A stretch of DNA of 64,000 bases from Octopus vulgaris (Eukaryota). The stretch lies in assembly GCA_951406725.2 (NCBI GenBank), contig OX597820.1:4960001-5024000 (forward strand). The letters are read 5' to 3'. The notes beneath the pieces are model-generated. The model had not been told where the DNA came from. It was given only the letters and a program-made list of their open reading frames with translations, and searched no databases. Positions within the stretch are counted from its first letter, which is position 1; each line of letters begins with the position of its first letter. This document shows positions 1 to 14,683 of the stretch, one piece after another. The position numbers were made by a program, and so were the translations under genes.

Positions 1-1070
1 TCTATGAAATATTATTTTCGTCACACTTCTGCGAACCCCTCACTAGCAATTACATTAAGTGAGTTGTAGTGGAATTATTCCTGTGGAATATTTACTAAGG
101 AATTGTGCAACGCAAATTGTGACCCCTCAAGAAATGAAAGAAGTGAATATCAGGGTTTTGTGTTTGCTTACAATTGTTAAAACATTCCTTTGTCGGTAAG
201 ATTGTTTCATAATGAGACAAGGTAAAATAAGCACATATCTATTACCTTCTGTTTTCACTGACATGCAATAAGAATGCGGCAAGGAGAAATGGTAAGACGC
301 ATTATTCAAGCCAAACCAACGGGCAGGAGAACGAAATGGTTGGATATTAAGGCCTAGTTTCAAATGGTCATGCCTGGGAATCCAGTAGAAAGTATGACTT
401 GCTTCTGACAGGACTCGAAGGACGAGATGCATGAGGGCTCTACGTCTAAGAACCCTCATAGGAATAGTGGGCAGAAAAACTGGATGGATAGATGGATATA
501 TTTTGTCTGTGTTTGTGATAGAAAATAAATCTCCAATTTTACAAAAAAAATTAATATTTAATAGATTTAAAACATGAAAACATACAAAAAGCATTTCCAT
601 GTGTCAAGATCATCGTCTGAGCGGGGTAAGGAGTGGATTTATGTCTTCAAATGTCTTGAACAAACTGGTTCCACAAAGGAATCTCCCCCCGCTCCAAAAA
701 GACCACGTTCTGTAAACCATTTTAGAATATATTCCGAAAGTAGAAAATCCTGTGACGGGAGAAATTTACATAATGGTAATTTGCATATATTATTGTGGAA
801 TAAAATTAGTAAAAGTTGATAAATAAAATACATTTTAAAACCCTAAGTGGCATTTCAGTCACCATGTATAACACGCCTACAACAACAAAGAAAAAAAATA
901 TATATATGTGTGTGTGTGTCCCCCTTCAATATCTATAGATATACGCTTACACGAACGCGCATACACACACCACCTTTTAAATACAGCCATTCATGCACTC
1001 CTATATACGTGCATATGTCTGTGTGTGTGTCTAGGTTATGTATAAATACATACCTACGTGTGTGTGTGTG

Positions 1071-1107
<37 letters not shown>

Positions 1108-1108
<1 letters not shown>

Positions 1109-1395
1109 GACTGTCGGTTACGACGACGAGGGTTCCAGTTGTCCCGATCAACGGAACAGCCTGCTCGAATTAACGTGCAAGTGGCTGAGCATTCCACACA
1201 CACACATGCACCCTTGACGCAGTTCTCGGGGAGATACAATGTGACAAGGCTGGCCCTTTGAAATACAGGTACAACAGAAACAGGAAGAAAGAGTGAAAGT
1301 TGTGGTGAAAGAATACCGCAGGGTTCGCCACCACCCTCTGCCAGAGCCTTGTGGAGCTGTAGGTGTTTTCACTCAATAAACACCCGGACTGGGAT
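1108..1395 (-). mobile_element. SINE family C, head-truncated
   Basis: Collinear with 49447-49780 (AACGGAACAGCCTGCTCG...CTCAATAAACAC). Confidence 0.85.
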
Positions 1396-1412
1396 ATATC
1401 TATCTGTCTGTC

Positions 1413-1461
<49 letters not shown>

Positions 1462-1702
1462 ATCTCTCGCCACATCGCAGTTCACCTATTGCGGTTTATT
1501 ATCTAAGCTTGCGCCAATTCATCCGTGGTGTTGTTTTGCATTTAGAATAAAATAAATATATACAAATTATAAATATATACAAATAATAAAAAATATACAG
1601 TACTGTTTCTAGTTTACTTGGCGGACTTTCACCTATCGCGGGGTGCTTTGGGACGCACCACTCGCAATAGTCGAGGGGTGAATGTGTGTGTGTATATATA
1701 TA

Positions 1703-1918
1703 TATTTCTTTACTGCCCACAAGGAGCTAAACATAGCGGGGACAAACGAGGACAGACAAAGGGGTTAAGTCGATTACATCGAGCCCAGTGCGAAACTGGT
1801 ACCTTATTTATCGACCTCGAAAGGATGAAAGGCAAAGTCGACCTCGGCCTAATTTGAACTCAGAACGTAACGACAGACGAATTACCACTTAGCATTTCGC
1901 CCGGCGCGCTAACGTTTC

Positions 1919-1922
<4 letters not shown>
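1703..1922 (-). mobile_element. SINE family A
   Basis: Reverse complement of the family A body and tail; flanked by (TA)n. Confidence 0.85.
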
Positions 1923-1977
<55 letters not shown>

Positions 1978-2488
1978 TGTATGTATGTATGTATGCACAC
2001 AGACACACATGTCTATATACAGGCGTATATATGCGTGTGTGTGAGGTTGAACATTCTGTAAGATGGAACCAGATGTCATTAACTTCCACCATTATATAAT
2101 TCAACACGAATAAAAATGGCGAGAGGAAATTAAGAACCAGCAATAAAGCTTGCAACTTCCGCATCGAGATATAGCCTGATGTTAGGTGTGCGTGTGTCTT
2201 TATATATATGACACACTTTTGTGTATATAACCAAATTTGTGTATGTGTGTGTGTGTGTGTGTTTTGGGTTCGTGCATAATTAGTGCGGCTTTTTTTCAAC
2301 AATTTTATTCAACAAAAACAATAACAACATGTAACAAAACCGTCTTTAAATGATTATTCCGGAGCATATTCACCATCTACTTCAATTACTGCTTCCTATT
2401 TGCTTGGCAGACGGCCATGCCGTCATTTAAAGATGTTTTTGTTAAACATTGTTATTACTTTTGTTGAAAAAAAGCTGCAATAATTAAC

Positions 2489-2542
<54 letters not shown>

Positions 2543-2747
2543 ATAATAATATTAGGGAATAAATCCAAACTTACAGGGAAAAATTAGATTTAGGATTAAA
2601 TCCAATTTTATAGTATAAATATATTATATTATATTATATTAAATTAGAGATAAAACCACTATTAGACAAATCAAACAGTGAAAAACATAAGCCACTACAT
2701 AAAATTAGTTTAAAAATATAAAAGTTAAAAATTAAAAATTAAAAAAT

Positions 2748-2782
<35 letters not shown>

Positions 2783-3114
2783 GCTAAGATGATCTGGTTC
2801 TTGACTGATGACTGAGGGCTTCGAATGTCCCGTCCTGTGGTTCTTGTGTCGTCTCTGTGGCGTTTCATGTTCTTGTCCATGTCTGTAATTATTTTTACTG
2901 TTTACCTATATATATATATATATATATATAATAATTATTTGAGGGAATATTATTCCTAATTTATTCTACCAAATATATACGTTTTTATTATTATTCTGCA
3001 ATTTATTTAATCATTGGTATATTATTGTTATTTTAATATTTCTATTATATGTAATTTTCTAGATGGTGTAATTTAATTGTTCATTTTGAATTGATAAAAG
3101 GTGTTTTTTTTATA

Positions 3115-3166
<52 letters not shown>

Positions 3167-3344
3167 TATGTATATAAGCGTGCATTTATGTGTGAGTATA
3201 TGTACACATACTCGCGTATACTCACTTTTGCACACACTTATATGTGTAACTATACACAAACGCTAAACACTTTATATACGTATTCATATTAAGAGGTATA
3301 ATATGCATGCGTGCACACACAGACACACACACACACACACACAA

Positions 3345-3715
3345 TTCTTTTGTTTCAGTCATGTGACTGCGGCCATGCTGGAGCACCGCCTTGAGAAGTT
3401 TTAGTCGAAGAAATCGACCCCAGGACTTATTCTTTGTAAGCCTAGTACTTATTCTATTGGTCTGTTTTGCCGAACTTCTAAGTTACGAGGACATAAACAC
3501 ACTCAGCATCGGTTGTCAAGTGAAGATGGCGGGTGGTGGGGACAAACAAAGACACACACAAACACAGACATATATATTTATACGACGGACTTCTTTCAGT
3601 TTCCGTCTACCAAATCCACTCACAAGCCTTTGGTCGGCCCGAGGCTATAGTAGAAGACACTTGACCAAGGTGCCACGCAGTGGGACTGAACCCGGAACCA
3701 TGTGGTTGGGAAGCA
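3345..3715 (-). mobile_element. SINE family B (tRNA-like head, internal microsatellite, CR1-type tail)
   Basis: Minus-strand head has GGTTCCGGGTTCAGTCCCACTGCGTGGCAC; tail is GGCGGTGCTCCAGCATGGCCGCAGTCACATGACTGAAAC. Confidence 0.88.
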
Positions 3716-4535
3716 AATACACACACACACACATCAGTTAAATATACATATAAACATACGTGTGTGTGTGTGTGTGTGTGTGCGTGCGCGCATCTGGGTC
3801 TTTATTTGATAACCGGTGCTGGTTTGTTTACATCACCATAACATAGCATTTCAGCAGCAAAACATATCGATAAACTGCATTGATATCGATATGATCGACT
3901 GTTTAGTCGAACGGCAGTGCCCCAGCATGGCCATAACTCAATGACTGAAAGAAACAAACGCGTAAAAGTGCGAACTTTTTGACTAATCACCGATTCTACC
4001 AGTTTCCCATCAGTTTCTCTTGATTTCTTCATTGACCAAAGTCTTCAGATTTATAAGAATTTGTCGCAAGAACTTGACCAGAAGAACTATCGAACTCAAA
4101 GCCTACTGCCATTTTAACCAATGGCGCCAGACAAGGGTATCTCCATCATCATCATCATCATCATTACCACCTTCCTCTTTTCTCTCTCCGTCCTCCATCC
4201 TCTTCATGATCATCCACATCACCACTCATCTCTGTCTCTTACAAAATCTTTATCTTCGTTATTGTCACTACCACAGGCACCACCAGCCCCTACACTACAA
4301 GCGCCCCACCGTCACCCTCCCTACCATCACCACCACCCCACCACCATATCGCCAGCGTGATCATCATTATATTCATCATCATCATCCCCATCATCGCCAT
4401 CAAACGGTAAAGAAGATCCCTCAGTGAGAACATCAACAACATCAATAACAGTTGCCGTAGTCATTGGCCATGAAATTGGTAAAGTTAGGTGAAGCGAGAA
4501 ACTAGTAGTAGACAGGTGGATAATGTGAGACACAA

Positions 4536-4584
<49 letters not shown>

Positions 4585-6296
4585 CACATACACGTGTGTA
4601 TGTATATATAAATACACACATAACACACACTGTGTGTGTGTGTGTATATATATATGAGTGTGTGTGTGTGTGATATATATATATGTATATAAAGGTGTGT
4701 ATGTATATAAAAATATATGTATATGAATGTGTATGTGTGTATATATATATATATACACACTAAACGAAAAGTACAGAATATGAAATGGTATTTTAGTGTA
4801 CATATATGGATGTGTGAAGCTGTGTGTGTGCGCGCGCACACACACACACACACTGAGCTGGGAATAGATCAGTTTAAGAACTGATAGAATTTCCAAAATT
4901 ATATAAAAAAAAGTCTTGGAGATGTTGCTCGATCGTTGAAACGTAATGGTCGTGGAAGATCATTGGATGACAATTGTTTTCTCCATTAAAGTTCCAGGAA
5001 ACCAACCAATCACAGTTCTCGGTTAAATCCTCCTGAATCTAGGAATGTTTACTGAGGTGCTACAAGACTTTCGATAAACAAATATTTCTTCTCTCATGAC
5101 AAACGCTCAAACGTCCCAATGCTGTCCCAGTGGTACAGATTGAAGCTGACGTAATTATCGCTGCGGACCTAAACATCAGTTTTCCTGGGCTATTTATATT
5201 TTACTTCAAGGAACGAAAGAAAAAGGGTTTATGATCTATGTTAAGGGACTCCGAGATTGATGGGACGAACACAAAAAAGTTGTTTTTAACTGGGGACTTG
5301 ATTGGAAAGTTTGCACCAAATTCTGCAACCCTGCAAAAGACATTCGGGTTAGGGTGCGAAAGTGGGTGAGGTATTAAACCTATTATGCAAAAGCGTGGGT
5401 GACCATTCCGACGGGTCACCACACACTTTCTGTAGGTTAAATTTCACCATCAAGATATTGGTCAAACCGAGGTCGAAGAAGGACCCTTTTGCCCAGTGTG
5501 GGACTGAAACCGAAACGACGGGGTTGGAAAATGAGGTTCTTAACCTCTCAACCACCAAAATTAGTAAAGTTTATTAAAATTCGTAAGGAATAAATTCGGA
5601 GCCCGAGCTGTAGCCTTCCTTCAGAATGTGAGTGTGTAAGCGTCTGTGTACGTATGCGCGCGTGTGCCAGTGTATCCGTGTATGTGTGTCCTTGATTTAG
5701 AACTGTCCAGAAAATAATTCAAACCCAAACAACTATTGACCCTGATGCAGCTCACACAAGACAAATCCTGGAATCCTGCCCTCGTATTTGTTACCGTTTC
5801 TGCTGATAGAAACATTCTAAATAGAAGACAATCAGTCAGATTAAATGAAGACTTCATCACCAACATACACCGGGTTCTGACTCATGTACCAGATGGTTCC
5901 TCCTCTTGTCTTTTCAACCGTTACTATAACGGCCTCTGTTCATCTTCCCTAACGACTGTATCAACTGTGTTCTAATCCTGTCCTCCTCTGTTCTCTCTAG
6001 CATCACAAACCCACCGCAAAACTATTTTCGCGACCTCTCCTAAGAATCTTTCAATTCCATACCTTTCCATACGTGCCCTCCATGTAAGAGAACATTCCAG
6101 CCTGGATAGGCGCCGTTAGTTAATTGCGGGTTGGCTGATGGGATCGATACATGGATAGTACGCATGCGCTCAAGAATGTACAGGTGACACAGAAGCTATT
6201 CCTCAGTGTTGGTCATCTTGGACAAGGAAGGACGAGCATGAAGGTATCTCTCGCCCATCTACATCCGTCCGACCACACACGCGCACGCACACGCGC

Positions 6297-6329
<33 letters not shown>

Positions 6330-6399
6330 TCTTTACATTACATGAATAACATTCTTTGTCATTTTAGTAGGAATACTTTTAATCATCTTCTAAAACGCC

Positions 6400-6534
6400 G
6401 TACTTTCCAACCACACGGTTCTGGGTTCAGTTCCCACTGCGTGGTACGTTGGGTATTATGTCAACTATAACCTTGAGGCAACCAAAGCCTTGTGAGTGGA
6501 TTTGGTAGACGGAAACTGAAAGAAGCCCGTCGTA

Positions 6535-6577
<43 letters not shown>

Positions 6578-6873
6578 TGGTAAAAATGTATATAAGTGTG
6601 TGTGTGTGTATGTGCGTGCGTGCGTGCGTGTGTGCGTGCGAATGTCCGTGTGTCCCCCACCGCTTGACAACCGGTGACCCAACGGTTCCGCGTGACCCAG
6701 CAGTTCCGTGAAAACAGACAGATAGAAGACGTGACGAGGTTTAAAAATTAAAAATAAGTCCTGGGGGTCGATTCGTTCGACTAAAAATAAATAAATAAAT
6801 AACTATATAAAAACTTCAAGGCGGTGCCCTAGCATGGCCACAGTCTAACGACTGAAACAAGTAAAAGATAAAA
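6400..6873 (+). mobile_element. SINE family B
   Basis: CCAACCACACGGTTCTGGGTTCAGTTCC ... GGCGGTGCCCTAGCATGGCCACAGTCTAACGACTGAAACAAGTAAAAG. Confidence 0.85.
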
Positions 6874-7639
6874 AGCTATTACTTGACACAATAAAGACTA
6901 AAACCTTTACTACAACAACGTAGATTGATAGACACACAGACACACAATAACATGTGCCCGCCCGTCCGTCCGTCCAAACACTCTCTCTTCACAGAACGAT
7001 GTAAGAGAGGAAGATAGAGATAACAGAGACATCGGTAACGATACTGAAGTCCTGGTTATTGACAGTTGAAATCTTCGTTTCGTTTCAATTCTTCCGGCTT
7101 TTATCTTTCTATCTCGTTGACTTTCAACCCTCTTCAGTCTTTGTATTTCCCACTCCTCCCTCAAGGAGACCCCGAAATCCTTAAATCTTCCCCATTAACC
7201 CCAGAAATGCCACAGCTTTCATCACTACCACTTTTGTTTTTATGATTTCTCTTTCACGTTCATTCAACCGTTGAGTTTATATCAGAAAGAAATAGGCGAA
7301 TTCTGTACCGGAACGAATTGGCGAAGACGAACAACGTCAGCGAAGACATCAACAACGACATCAACAACAGCAATAACAACAGCAATTATTCTGTTAACAA
7401 CTCTGACAACGCAAGGTAATAATGAGGGACAATACAGCAACAATACAGACAGGGAAACTATTAGTAATAAAAAAAAAAAACGGAAAAAAATACAGAAACA
7501 AGTATGACATAAAAACAATTTGAAGCTGATAATCTCAATAATAGAAAGGAACACCAGCGTTAATTTTCTTATTTAGGCCCCAGGCTAGGAAACAGGAGCA
7601 GAAGGAGAGTTGATTAAATTGAGCCGAATAATGTTATTA

Positions 7640-7857
7640 GTATCAAATTTTGGCACAAGGTCAGCAATTTCTGGGAAGCGGGTGTGTCGACTGTATTATC
7701 CCCCAATACTCAACTGGTACTTATTTTATCGACTCCGAAAGGATGAAAGGCAAATTTGACCACTGTGAAATTTAAATAAATTAAGAACGTAAAGCCGGAA
7801 GAAAAGGCGCAAAATATATTGTCCGGCACCGCAATAATTCTGCCAACTCAACGCCTT
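7640..7857 (-). mobile_element. SINE family A variant with alternative tail (…CCTTGTGCCAAAATTTGA)
   Basis: Same GAAAGGATGAAAGGCAAA core with a different 3' end. Similar copies at ~18378-18530(-), 32587-32800(-), 32940-33140(+) and 59598-59760(+). Confidence 0.7.
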
Positions 7858-8991
7858 ATTTTATCTTCATAATAACGTAAAATGGTTTCTTTTGGCACGG
7901 TAGGGCCAAAACATTGGGGATAAAATGGGAAATGCAAAAAAAGGAACTGTGGGGGGCAAAAACCAGTAAAAAGAAAATGATAGCCAACAGCGCTGGTAGA
8001 TAAAAAAGTGAACGGTCGGGTGATGATGATGATGATGATCCAAACAGTGATAATATTACAATCTGTAGAAGTTCAACGAAGAAGCCATTGATAAGAGATT
8101 CCCGAACATATGTCCGTTCCTGGTGACCGAAGATTTTACAGAAAACAAAATAAAAAAGATTTTTGTTTGTTTTTTTACTGTTTTTTTTTTTTCACCAATT
8201 AATTATTAAAGAGTAGCGTCACTTCTAATTGTGTCCTCGAGCACAAAGCATGTCATTGGCGCGCCACAGGCCAGCTATCGTGTAGTTATGACCTTTTAAC
8301 AATTGGCTTCAATGAAAAGCTTGCCTTTAAAAGCTATGCTACAGAAAAATGTAGATCCCGTCCTCAACTTCCTTGATTTCATGAACGTGACCAGCCAGCC
8401 GTGCCATCTAAAATGAATTCATGTAACAAAGAGTAAGGAAACTAACTGCTCGAGCGTCACCTCCAGAACTTCCTTATCTCTTGACGGGACCCAAACTTGT
8501 TTGCCTTTTGACGGACAGACAGAGAGGGCAGTGGTTGCATACAATATACTAATAGAAAAATAATTATGATTTCTTTTATTGTATCAGATATAATTCAAAG
8601 AGAATTGAGTAGGAAAAGTCAAAATACAGCTAAGAAAGGGACGTGATGAATATGAAGAGATAATTCGATGGACAGAGCGAAATAGATAAAGACAGAAGAA
8701 GAAAGACTAATCGAATAAGAAGAGGAAGAGTAGGAGGAGTAAAGGAAGAAAGAGATCAAATATGGTATTTAAACAAAACAACGTTAAAAAAAACAGAGAA
8801 AAAGAGCAATGGTAACAATGTCAACACAATACTGGAAAGATCTATCTGCAGGCGTTTGATATATGTATTCATCCAACCTCTTTTTATTATTATCTCCCTT
8901 TCATTCAACCTCTTTTTTCTCCCAATCATTCGCCATGTTGGACCACTGAACTCAACACGTTCTTTTCATTCTCTCTCTATTTCTTCTTATT

Positions 8992-9029
8992 TCTTTCTGT
9001 CGAAGAGCTTAGGCTCGAAACGTAAAAGA
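8992..9029 (+). ncRNA. Minimal hammerhead motif (one core substitution) in a Penelope-like terminus (~8930-9125)
   Basis: TCTTT-CTGTCGA-A-GAGC-TTAG-GCTC-GAAA-C-GTA-AAAGA. Confidence 0.55.
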
Positions 9030-9834
9030 CTTTTCCATTTACCCCGAGCGTCCTAACCAATACATCTGCTTGTTGTTCATACGCCTGTCTTTGTCCTTTG
9101 GTTTTCTATAAATCTGAACTATATAAATATATAGCATCTTTTATCTTGTTTCAGTCATTAGACTGTGGCCATGCTGGGGCACCGCCTTGAAGTTTTTAGT
9201 CGAATTAATTGACCCCAGTACTTTTTCTATCGATATCTTTTACCGAACCGCTAAGTTGCGGGGATGTAAACACGCCAACACCAGTTGTCAAACGGTGGCG
9301 GGGGAAAACACACACACACACACATGTATATAGTAATAATAATGACCCTTTGGTGTAATTTATGAATATTTTATCGCAGCGGTACGCGCGTTTCCACAAA
9401 TCACATGTTTGTCTCTGCCACACACACATAAATTACTTGTTGCTAGTTGAATCCGTTGGAACATTAAGAGAATGGCAGCCATGCTGTACAAGTGATTCTT
9501 CTTATAGAAATTGCTGCTTTGATACGGTTTGTGCTGTTTTATTTTTTCCTCAGTCGTACAAACGAAACCTTTACTGGTCTGTTTGTTGTTACGGTCGAGT
9601 TATTTCGCCTTTCTTGCATTAACGAAACACCGACCAAGCCGTAACTTCTTCACTCCACAGCAGACTACAATCTCTCCGTAACACTAACCTAAACGTTAAC
9701 GTAGAACAGCGGTTCCCAACCTGGGACCACAGAAGATTTTCTTCATAAAATTTATCTGCATTAAATAAGTTATACTTCTTCAATTCATACAATATTCTCA
9801 CAATTTCATTTAAACAACTTCTGATAATATATAT

Positions 9835-10066
9835 ATTTCTTTACTGCCCACAAGGGGCTAAATATAGAGTGGACAAACAAGGACAGACAAAGGGATTAAG
9901 TCGATTACATCGACACCAGTGCGTAACTGGTACTTATTTAATCGACCCCGAAAGGATAAAAAGCAAAGTCGACCTCGGCGGAATTTGAACTCAGAACGTA
10001 GCGGCAGACAAAATACTGCTAAGCATTTCACCCGGCGTGCTAACGTTTCTGCCAGCTCACCGCCTT
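9835..10066 (-). mobile_element. SINE family A, full length
   Basis: On the minus strand runs from AAGGCGGTGAGCTGGCAGAAACG to CCCCTTGTGGGCAGTAAAGAAAT. Confidence 0.9.
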
Positions 10067-10099
10067 TATATATAATAATATATAATAACAAAAATATAA

Positions 10100-10275
10100 C
10101 ACTGGATTAAAAAAAATTTTTTTGTAAGTTGTTTTAGTTTTTTTTTAACTGGTTTAGGGACAACTTTGCACCGCTGAATCCGAAAATGAGATCCGTTCCT
10201 CTCGATTAGGTCAGGTTTCTATGTTAAGCTGAGTTTTTTAAAAATCCGATCTTCTGACGAACTTACATTTTTCTG
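10100..10275 (-). mobile_element. Probable 3' terminus of the Chapaev3-like element
   Basis: Begins CACTGG on the plus strand and carries TTTTCGGATTCAGCG on the minus strand. Lies downstream of the transposase remnant, separated from it by younger insertions. Confidence 0.45.
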
Positions 10276-10381
10276 ACATTATCGTTGATATGTGTGTGTG
10301 ATGCTTTGGATATTAGTAATTAAATTGATTACATTATATATATATGTGTGTGTGTATGTATACATACACATACAGACACAT

Positions 10382-10440
<59 letters not shown>

Positions 10441-10441
<1 letters not shown>

Positions 10442-10643
10442 TTTTTTCTTTTACTTGTTTCAGTCATTTGACTGCGGCCATGCTGGAGCACCGCCTTTAG
10501 TCGAGCAAATCGACCCCGGGACTTATTCTTTGTAAGCCCAGTACTTATTCTATCGGTCTCTTTTTGATGAACTGCTAAGTGACGGGGACGTAAACACACC
10601 AGCATCGGTTGTCAAGCAATGCTAGGGGGACAAACAGACACAG

Positions 10644-10674
<31 letters not shown>

Positions 10675-10854
10675 TACATACATACATATATATATATATA
10701 CATATATACGACAGGCTTCTTTCAGTTTCCGTCTACCAAATCCACTCACAAGGCATTGGCCGGCCCGGGGCTATAGCAGAAGACACTTGCCCAAGGTGCC
10801 ACGCAGTGGGACTGAACCCGGAACCATGTGGTTGGTTAGCAAGCCACTCCTGCG

Positions 10855-10855
<1 letters not shown>
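10441..10855 (-). mobile_element. SINE family B, near full length
   Basis: Collinear with 3345-3715. Further partial copies at ~3800-3955(+), 5430-5555(-), 9137-9320(-) and 54690-54990(-). Confidence 0.9.
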
Positions 10856-10907
<52 letters not shown>

Positions 10908-11003
10908 CAAATAAGGGTGAAAAATTAGATATTAATTTAATAATACCATCAATTTAACACCAAGTGGCTTAGCGCATAAAAACCAGGGATACAATAAAAA
11001 TTG

Positions 11004-11131
11004 ATACATAAATATAAGAGAGTGACCACTATATGGTCGACTAGCGCTAAAAATAGATCCGCTAATACCATAGCGGATCTATTTTTAGCGCTAGTCGACC
11101 ATATAGTGGTCACTCTCTTATATTTATGTAT
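11004..11131. repeat. Perfect 61-bp inverted repeat with 6-nt loop, within a (TA)n-embedded element (10903-11131)
   Basis: 11004-11064 is the reverse complement of 11071-11131; loop ATACCA. Confidence 0.95.
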
Positions 11132-11349
11132 GTATATATATATATATATATATATATAATTATCGGTTAATTTTTGTTAATATTTCTCATCCGGAACACA
11201 GTTTATTGATTAAGTGTTACAAACTTCGATTACTTTAAATTGAATAGCAGATTCTGATAAAGATAAATATCTGTAAATTAAATGTTACGTCATCATTGTT
11301 CAAAAATTCAGGGTTTGAACTTGCGATTATTCGAACCTCTAGAATGCTG

Positions 11350-11775
11350 ACCGGCAGGAACGTCTCTCTCTTCAGAGTCCAACAGTAATCTACCATCACG
11401 ACTTCATCCCAGCGTCCCTGATACCTGGTCTCCATCTTTCATGTCCTGATGGAATCTTTTCTCCTGCTCGTCACTCATTAATCTCAGATTCTCAGGAAAC
11501 CGATCCATTTCAGAGAATAAGTAATGCATTTTAATGTTCCCGTTGCATCCGAGATTTCTGAAAGCAGCCAGCATACTGATGACAAGTTCTGCGTAGTTCC
11601 TCGCCTTGTTGTTGCCAAGAAATTTCTTCACGACCAGAACAAAAGCCTTCCACGCTTCCAGTTCAACTTCATTCATTGAGGTTTCAAACTAAGGCTCTCT
11701 GATGAGCTGATGGATTTGAGGACCATCAAAGATACCAGATTTTAACTTCTCAATGGTCAATCCTGGAAAAGCCTG
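11350..11775 (-). pseudogene. DNA-transposon transposase C-terminal remnant, Chapaev3 (CMC)-like
   Basis: FPGLTIEKLKSGIFDGPQI…AWKAF…FLGN…NY…LGC…KMHYL…FPENL…SDEQEKRFHQD…METRYQGRW…DYCW. Family assignment is from recall of these motifs. Confidence 0.75.
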
Positions 11776-12543
11776 TTATCGGTTATAAGAACCTCAAAGC
11801 ACCGGTCATTTACGTATTCAATACAAGACGACACGGCTGAGGTTTCGGAAATATCTTGATTTTGCTGTTGTTTAACCCCAAGTTAGTTCTCATCAGGCAG
11901 AGTCATTGAAAAGGAGCATTCAATTTAGAGACAAAGTGTGTGTGTGTGTGTGTACCGTGGACTACGTTATCTAATGTGCCCTTTATAATAAGACAAACAT
12001 AGTTTAAGAGCGAGGTGGCTGATATTTTTAGCAGAATGTTCGTCTTTGTTTTACGCAGAGACAAGGAGAATGGTCGGGACGGGTGCTGGGGAATGAGAAA
12101 CGGGTGCATAGAGTTGGTTTACATGTAGAAATCATTGAATTAGCAAGTTTAGAGATGCTGATAAAAGTCTGCAGTAATTATCCCTATATAGTTACGTATT
12201 TCTCAATATTTGATGTTTTTCTTAAGTCAGTAGGGGAGTGAAATTCAATAATAGTTCTCTGCTTTTGTTTCACACTTTCAGAAAATAATACCCGTTCTCT
12301 TACTTAACCGTTTGATCTATTTTCCATTTCTCCATTTTTAGGGGTTTTTCTTTTTATGTTTTTTTAATAACAACGAAAGAGAAGAGAAAATGTCAGACCG
12401 ATTGATAAATCTAACAAGACTGTTGTTTATCTTTGGCCAGACTTACGATATGTCATAATATTATGATTGTATTCATCTATGACTACTCGCAGCAGCTATG
12501 TTACAATCTCATGAATCAGATTATAATTTTGTCTGGACCAGTA

Positions 12544-12557
12544 GTGCCATCTGGTGG
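12544..12557 (-). promoter_or_regulatory. Candidate CTCF-binding site
   Basis: CCACCAGATGGCAC matches the bilaterian CTCF core consensus CCASYAGRKGGCRS and lies in non-repetitive sequence. Motif match only. Confidence 0.4.
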
Positions 12558-12728
12558 AGTGGAAAGGAAACAGCTTCTGTAAACTATGTAACAGGATAGC
12601 GAATGTTATAATAACAATGGCGGAAGGGGTGGGGGTCGGGGGAGGAGCGTCATTACACTATGGAAACATGTTGGATTCACAGATTGTTGACAAAATATTC
12701 ATATCGACGTATGTTCCTTAACTTTATA

Positions 12729-12767
<39 letters not shown>

Positions 12768-13035
12768 ATATATTGCACCCGCTTATACTCGTGTATGTTT
12801 GTGGATCCCATATATGTACACTTTGGGTGTATATATGTAATTTCATGTGTCTAATTCTACACATACATTGGTAAATATTTACCGCTTTATCCCTCTATCT
12901 ATCCATATCCGTGTGTGTATGTATGTATATATGTATATATATTCACACGTGTCTGTGTGTGAATATATATATATATACATTCACACGTGTCTGTGTGTGA
13001 ATATATATATATACACACACGCGTGTCTGTGGGTG

Positions 13036-13099
<64 letters not shown>

Positions 13100-13605
13100 T
13101 CACACTTTATACACACACACACACATATATATATATGCGTCTGTGTAAAAAGTGTGAATAGCTAATTTAAATACGACGGTTGTTTAACTCGATATAGTTG
13201 GTTAAGTAAATTTATTAACCCTGCTCGAAGAGATTCTAAGCTGAGCTCCTCCCCACCATTTCTTAATAACACCCAGCTGCTAATACCACCCAGGTACGAA
13301 ACATTGCTTGCTGTATGTTCACACCAGTATATAGGTATTAATCCCTTGTGGATGAGGAATTTGACGAGCTGGTGGTTTTTGCACTATGCACGTTGGGTTT
13401 GTGGGATGGCCTAGTGTACACACACACAAACACACACAATCACACACACTATGTTCCGAGTTCAAATCTGGTCTCTTATTCTCGGAAAAAAAAATCCCGG
13501 TTCATTTGAGACCCAGCAGAATGTGATGGGTTTTGGAAAACCTTAATTGCTCGGTTATCGGGGAAAACACGAGATCCTTTACGGTTCTGTGCACTTAACG
13601 AACGA

Positions 13606-14450
<845 letters not shown>

Positions 14451-14461
14451 ATAAAAAGTTC

Positions 14462-14598
14462 TTCCGCCGAGGTCGACTTTGCCTTTCATCCTTTCGGGGT
14501 CGTTTAAATACGCACTGGAGTCGATATAATCGACTTAATCCGTTCGTCTGTCCTTGTTTGTTCCCCCTGTTTGTAGCCCCTTGTGCGCAGTAAAGAAA
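14462..14598 (+). mobile_element. SINE family A, 3' part
   Basis: TTCCGCCGAGGTCGACTTTGCC...GTAGCCCCTTGTGCGCAGTAAAGAAA. Confidence 0.85.
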
Positions 14599-14642
14599 AA
14601 ATTAAATGTTCGTTATATATGCATATAATGTTCGTTTTACAC

Positions 14643-14683
<41 letters not shown>

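Noticed and set aside
9706-9830. hAT-like TIR CAGCGGTTCCCAACCTGGG
   Set aside because: Only one end is visible, with no partner TIR or TSD.
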